From Eubacteriales bacterium (GTDB taxonomy: Bacteria > Bacillota > Clostridia > Oscillospirales > CAG-272), in contig JAZKZW010000063.1 in NCBI GenBank assembly GCA_045612865.1, positions 3,911-67,910 of the forward strand: a stretch of DNA of 64,000 nucleotides, given 5' to 3'. Shown piece by piece: positions 60,815-64,000 of the stretch. A model generated the notes under the pieces. The model was not told the DNA's origin and did not search any database. It saw only the letters and a list, made by a program, of their open reading frames with translations. The position numbers and the translations under genes were made by a program. Numbering within the stretch: position 1 is the first letter of the stretch; each line of letters begins with the position of its first letter.

Positions 60815-62215
60815 TTATATGGCGTGAATGCCATTTTTTGTATCTCTGTTTGAATCCAGCTGATATTTTTGTTGTTTTCTCCAATCAAAGTACTTGATTG
60901 CAACCTGCTCAAAGAGAGCAAGTGAAAGTAGATCCTCATCCTGTTCGCTATATGGAGCTACTCTTTGACGTAGAGAGTCAATTTCGGGTGCGATCCTATC
61001 TGCAGGACGATAATCAATAATTTCATCATCACCGATAATTTTTCTCTTGAAACCGTCATTGATTGGTGCAGGGCACTTACCGTATTCACCTCTCACCAGA
61101 CCCTTGAACTCCTTGGTGACTCTTGCATATCTGCCTTCGTTTGCAAATATAACATTATTTACCGCCTGAGTACCAACAATCTGTGATGTAGGAGTAACAA
61201 GAGGTGGGAACCCTGCATCAGCTCTTACATTGGCAACTTCTTCAAGAACATCATCGAGCTTATCAAGCTTTCCTGCCATCTTAAGTTGAGAGATGAGATT
61301 AGATAACATACCGCCTGGCACCTGATAACGGAGAGCGTTTACATCAACTTTAAGTACCTTTGGATCAATAAGACCATTAGCAATATATTTTTCGCGAATC
61401 TTGTTGAAATATTTTGCTACAACATCAAGCTGTGCAAGGTCAAGCCCCGTATCATAAGGTGTACCCTGAAGCGTTGCAACGAGTGATTCGGTAGGAGTGT
61501 GAGATGTACCCATTGCAAGTGGCGAAATAGCAGTGTCAACGATATCTACACCTGCCTCTATAGCCTTGAGAAGTGTCATTGATCCGAGTCCGGCTGTGTA
61601 ATGTGTATGAAGGTTTACAGGAATACTAACAGTACTCTTTATAGTCTTAACGAGCTGGTACGCTTCAAATGGCTTTAACAAGCCTGACATATCTTTGATG
61701 CAAATAGAGTTAGCTCCCATTTCTTCGAGCTGTTTTGCATACTGGGCAAAGCCTTCATTTGTATGGAATGGAGAAGTAGTGTAAGAGATAGCAGCCTGAA
61801 CATGACCGCCTTCCTTGATTGTAGCTTTGATAGCGGTTTCAAGGTTTCTTGCATCATTTAATGCATCAAATATACGTATAATATCAATACCGTTAGCAAT
61901 TGACTTCTGAACAAAATACTCAACTACATCATCTGCATAATGACGATATCCAAGAATGTTTTGGCCCCTAAAGAGCATTTGAAGTTTTGTATTTTTTACA
62001 TGGTCCTTGATTTTGCGAAGTCTTACCCATGGATCTTCGTTAAGAAAACGCAGGCATGAATCAAATGTGGCACCACCCCAAGCTTCGAGGGCGTAATACC
62101 CAACTTTGTCCATATCATCAAGAATGGGAAGCATTTCTTCGGTTGTCATTCGTGTTGCTGCCAGAGACTGGTGGGCATCACGCAGAACAGTTTCTGTAAT
62201 CAAAACCTTTGACAT
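60815..62215 (-). CDS. oxaloacetate/pyruvate carboxyltransferase subunit (OadA / transcarboxylase 5S / PycB-like), no fused biotinyl domain
   Basis: ITETVLRDAHQSL TIM-barrel carboxyltransferase motif. 466 aa. No C-terminal AMKM motif. Confidence 0.88.
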   Translation of the reverse strand: MSKVLITETVLRDAHQSLAATRMTTEEMLPILDDMDKVGYYALEAWGGATFDSCLRFLNEDPWVRLRKIKDHVKNTKLQMLFRGQNILGYRHYADDVVEYFVQKSIANGIDIIRIFDALNDARNLETAIKATIKEGGHVQAAISYTTSPFHTNEGFAQYAKQLEEMGANSICIKDMSGLLKPFEAYQLVKTIKSTVSIPVNLHTHYTAGLGSMTLLKAIEAGVDIVDTAISPLAMGTSHTPTESLVATLQGTPYDTGLDLAQLDVVAKYFNKIREKYIANGLIDPKVLKVDVNALRYQVPGGMLSNLISQLKMAGKLDKLDDVLEEVANVRADAGFPPLVTPTSQIVGTQAVNNVIFANEGRYARVTKEFKGLVRGEYGKCPAPINDGFKRKIIGDDEIIDYRPADRIAPEIDSLRQRVAPYSEQDEDLLSLALFEQVAIKYFDWRKQQKYQLDSNRDTKNGIHAI

Positions 62216-62265
62216 ATATGTTTAGTCCTTTCTTTTATACATACTGTGCTAAAAGGGAGAGTAAA

Positions 62266-62643
62266 TTAGTTGAGAGTTATGATAACGTCATTAGCGTTTA
62301 CGTTAGATCCTTTTTGAACATTTACTGAAGCAACAATACCGTCTTGAGGAGAAGGAATATCATTTTCCATCTTCATAGCCTCGAGAACGCAAATAACGTC
62401 TCCTCTCTTGATTGTTTGACCTACAGATACCTTTACATCAAGAATAGCACCGGGCATAGGCGATGTAACAGAAATTACACCTGTTGCTGAATTAGATGCC
62501 GTTGAAACAGGCTTGTTAATAGTGGGTGCAGAAGGAACAACGGGCACTGTAGGCGCTGTATAAGAAGGAGTTGCTGTTGATTCAACCTCTTCAACTATTA
62601 CTTCATATGTTGTACCGTTAACGGTTATGTTGTATTTTTTCAT
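62266..62643 (-). CDS. biotin carboxyl carrier protein (1.3S / gamma-subunit type)
   Basis: Biotinylation motif VLEAMKMEN. Ala/Pro/Thr-rich linker. 125 aa. Confidence 0.9.
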   Translation of the reverse strand: MKKYNITVNGTTYEVIVEEVESTATPSYTAPTVPVVPSAPTINKPVSTASNSATGVISVTSPMPGAILDVKVSVGQTIKRGDVICVLEAMKMENDIPSPQDGIVASVNVQKGSNVNANDVIITLN

Positions 62644-62661
62644 TTGTATTACCTCTCAAAA

Positions 62662-62949
62662 TCAAATTCTTCTAAAAGAAACTACCCTGAATTTTAATCC
62701 ATCAGATTCTGCTTCTGCCATTGCAACTGCCGCGGTAATAACTGCGACAATCTCTTCGTCAGCGCTACTAGTATCATTCGGAGCAATTTCAGTTGTATCA
62801 GATGTATCACTATGTTTTGCAAGATTTTCATTTGCACGATTAGCTGTCTTGGTTTTATATATATGGTACACAATAGCAATAATGGCACAAACAGCCAGCA
62901 CAGCCAACAATATGGCATCTTCCGTTAATAGATCAAGCGTAAATATCAT
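62662..62949 (-). CDS. OadG-like small membrane subunit of Na+-translocating decarboxylases
   Basis: 95 aa. N-terminal TM helix (ILLAVLAVCAIIAIVY) and C-terminal EEIVAVITAAVAMA motif typical of OadG/MmdD-type subunits. Confidence 0.65.
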   Translation of the reverse strand: MIFTLDLLTEDAILLAVLAVCAIIAIVYHIYKTKTANRANENLAKHSDTSDTTEIAPNDTSSADEEIVAVITAAVAMAEAESDGLKFRVVSFRRI

Positions 62950-62964
62950 ATGATGCCTCCTGAA

Positions 62965-64000
62965 TTACAAAGGCAGAACTTTGCGGCGCGCAACCTTTGC
63001 ATGTGCGCCCTTACAAGAGAGCATTAGCAAAGCAGAGCAAATTCTTGCACGAAGCTCATTTATGCTGATTATATCATCAATTTCGCCACTTTCTGCTGCA
63101 TGAACAGGAGAAGATACAGACGCTTTCCAATCTTCTATCAAACTTTCTCTGGTTTTTTCTTCTGTGATGTATTTATCCCACGCAAATGCAACACCGCTAT
63201 TGGCATTCAATGCTCCGATTTCTGCTTTGTCAACCGAATAAACAATGTCAGCTCCTAAGGACTTTGAACCTAAAAGCACAAATGAAGCGCCTATAGCATG
63301 ACCGAGGATAACTGTTACTTTTGGATTTGTAGATGATGCGTAAGCAAATATAAGTCTACCGAGCTCCGGTGCGAAATTAAACTCATTATTTTCGTCAATA
63401 GCTAAGCCAAGAGAGTCAACAAGAGTAACAACGGGGATAGAGAAGCTGTCGCAGAAATTAACAAATTTTGCAATTTTCTTCGCTGCATCTGCAGTGATTC
63501 TACCTTCGTTTTCGTTAAATGAGGTAGCAACTATTCCACATTTTACTCCACCAATAGTAGTCAAAACGGTTGTAGCAACCTTGGAAAAATCATGAGAAAG
63601 CTCATAAAACATACCATTGTCAGATATAACAGAAATTGCTGCCAACGCATCGCCTGAAAAGTCAATATTGCCAAGCTTTCTATTAAAATTATCTGTGCAT
63701 ATTTCGGAAGACTGTATTCCCAAAGAAGAATTAGAGGGAAGGAAAGAGATAAGGCTTCTTATATAACCTACACACTGCTCGAGGTCAGCAGTATAAGAAA
63801 TCACAGCATCCTGTGCGCCGTCAATACGAGTAAGTACAGGAGAAGAAACGTAAAGAGTAGCCGAACTTTCTTTTACTACAATATCAAACATCGCAGCTAT
63901 AGCCGCGCATGTTCCTATGCAATTTCCGACAATAAAAGCAATTTGAGGAATAACGCCGGAAGCCTTGGCAACAGAAGACATTATTCTACCATAGGCTGCC
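62965..64000 (-). CDS. acyl-CoA carboxyltransferase subunit (MmdA/PccB/12S-like), 5' end outside the window
   Basis: SGVIPQIAFIVGNCIG and later crotonase-fold carboxyltransferase repeats. The frame stays open upstream of the track's ATG through position 64000 (AAYGRIMSSVAK). Confidence 0.8.
   Translation of the reverse strand, partial: AAYGRIMSSVAKASGVIPQIAFIVGNCIGTCAAIAAMFDIVVKESSATLYVSSPVLTRIDGAQDAVISYTADLEQCVGYIRSLISFLPSNSSLGIQSSEICTDNFNRKLGNIDFSGDALAAISVISDNGMFYELSHDFSKVATTVLTTIGGVKCGIVATSFNENEGRITADAAKKIAKFVNFCDSFSIPVVTLVDSLGLAIDENNEFNFAPELGRLIFAYASSTNPKVTVILGHAIGASFVLLGSKSLGADIVYSVDKAEIGALNANSGVAFAWDKYITEEKTRESLIEDWKASVSSPVHAAESGEIDDIISINELRARICSALLMLSCKGAHAKVARRKVLPL

Noticed and set aside
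1-64000. Scan for CRISPR arrays, IS elements or transposases, integrases, phage genes, toxin-antitoxin pairs, restriction-modification or other defence systems, rRNA and tRNA
   Set aside because: None found. Every ORF of 100 aa or more that is not a shadow ORF has a housekeeping assignment, and spacers are short. I see no evidence for an accessory island or a novel multi-gene system in this window.

Overview
AT-rich, low-GC Firmicutes (Clostridia-like) chromosomal core region; the taxon is inferred only from gene content, synteny and GGAGG-type ribosome-binding sites. About 53 tightly packed, often translationally coupled CDS. These are: a divergent MreB-like gene; a minus-strand dcw cluster (mraZ-rsmH-orf-PBP-murE-murF-mraY-ftsW-murG-ftsZ); ispDF, rpe, ruvAB; a nusB-(TsaD-like)-xseAB-tlyA-nadK-argR-recN operon; murB-whiA-dnaE; CvpA-like, Clp AAA+, Mrp, Ca-type P-ATPase, coaE, M18 aminopeptidase; prfA-tsaC-(GyrA/ParC-like); an orphan response regulator; ychF; recG-rarA and lipid kinase-comEC; yybS-gdpP-rplI-dnaB-tilS-ftsH; and a biotin-dependent carboxyltransferase/decarboxylase operon that runs off the 3' end. 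I saw no rRNA, tRNA, CRISPR, IS/transposase, prophage or recognisable defence genes, so this is an ordinary housekeeping window and I cannot point to a new multi-gene system. Items worth a second look: (1) an in-frame TAG inside the conserved IEAEQ motif of the essential helicase gene dnaB; (2) a ~200-nt element bracketed by a perfect 15-bp inverted repeat downstream of ftsZ; (3) a dcw cluster with no canonical ftsL, murD, murC, ddl, ftsQ or ftsA, split by two terminator-like hairpins; (4) phased TGGGA boxes in the mraZ leader; (5) a Clp ATPase with a zinc-ribbon N-domain; (6) a ComEC lacking the HxHxDH motif; (7) an orphan GyrA/ParC-like subunit. Several ORF-track starts are TTG/GTG extensions; I re-called them to downstream ATGs that have an RBS.
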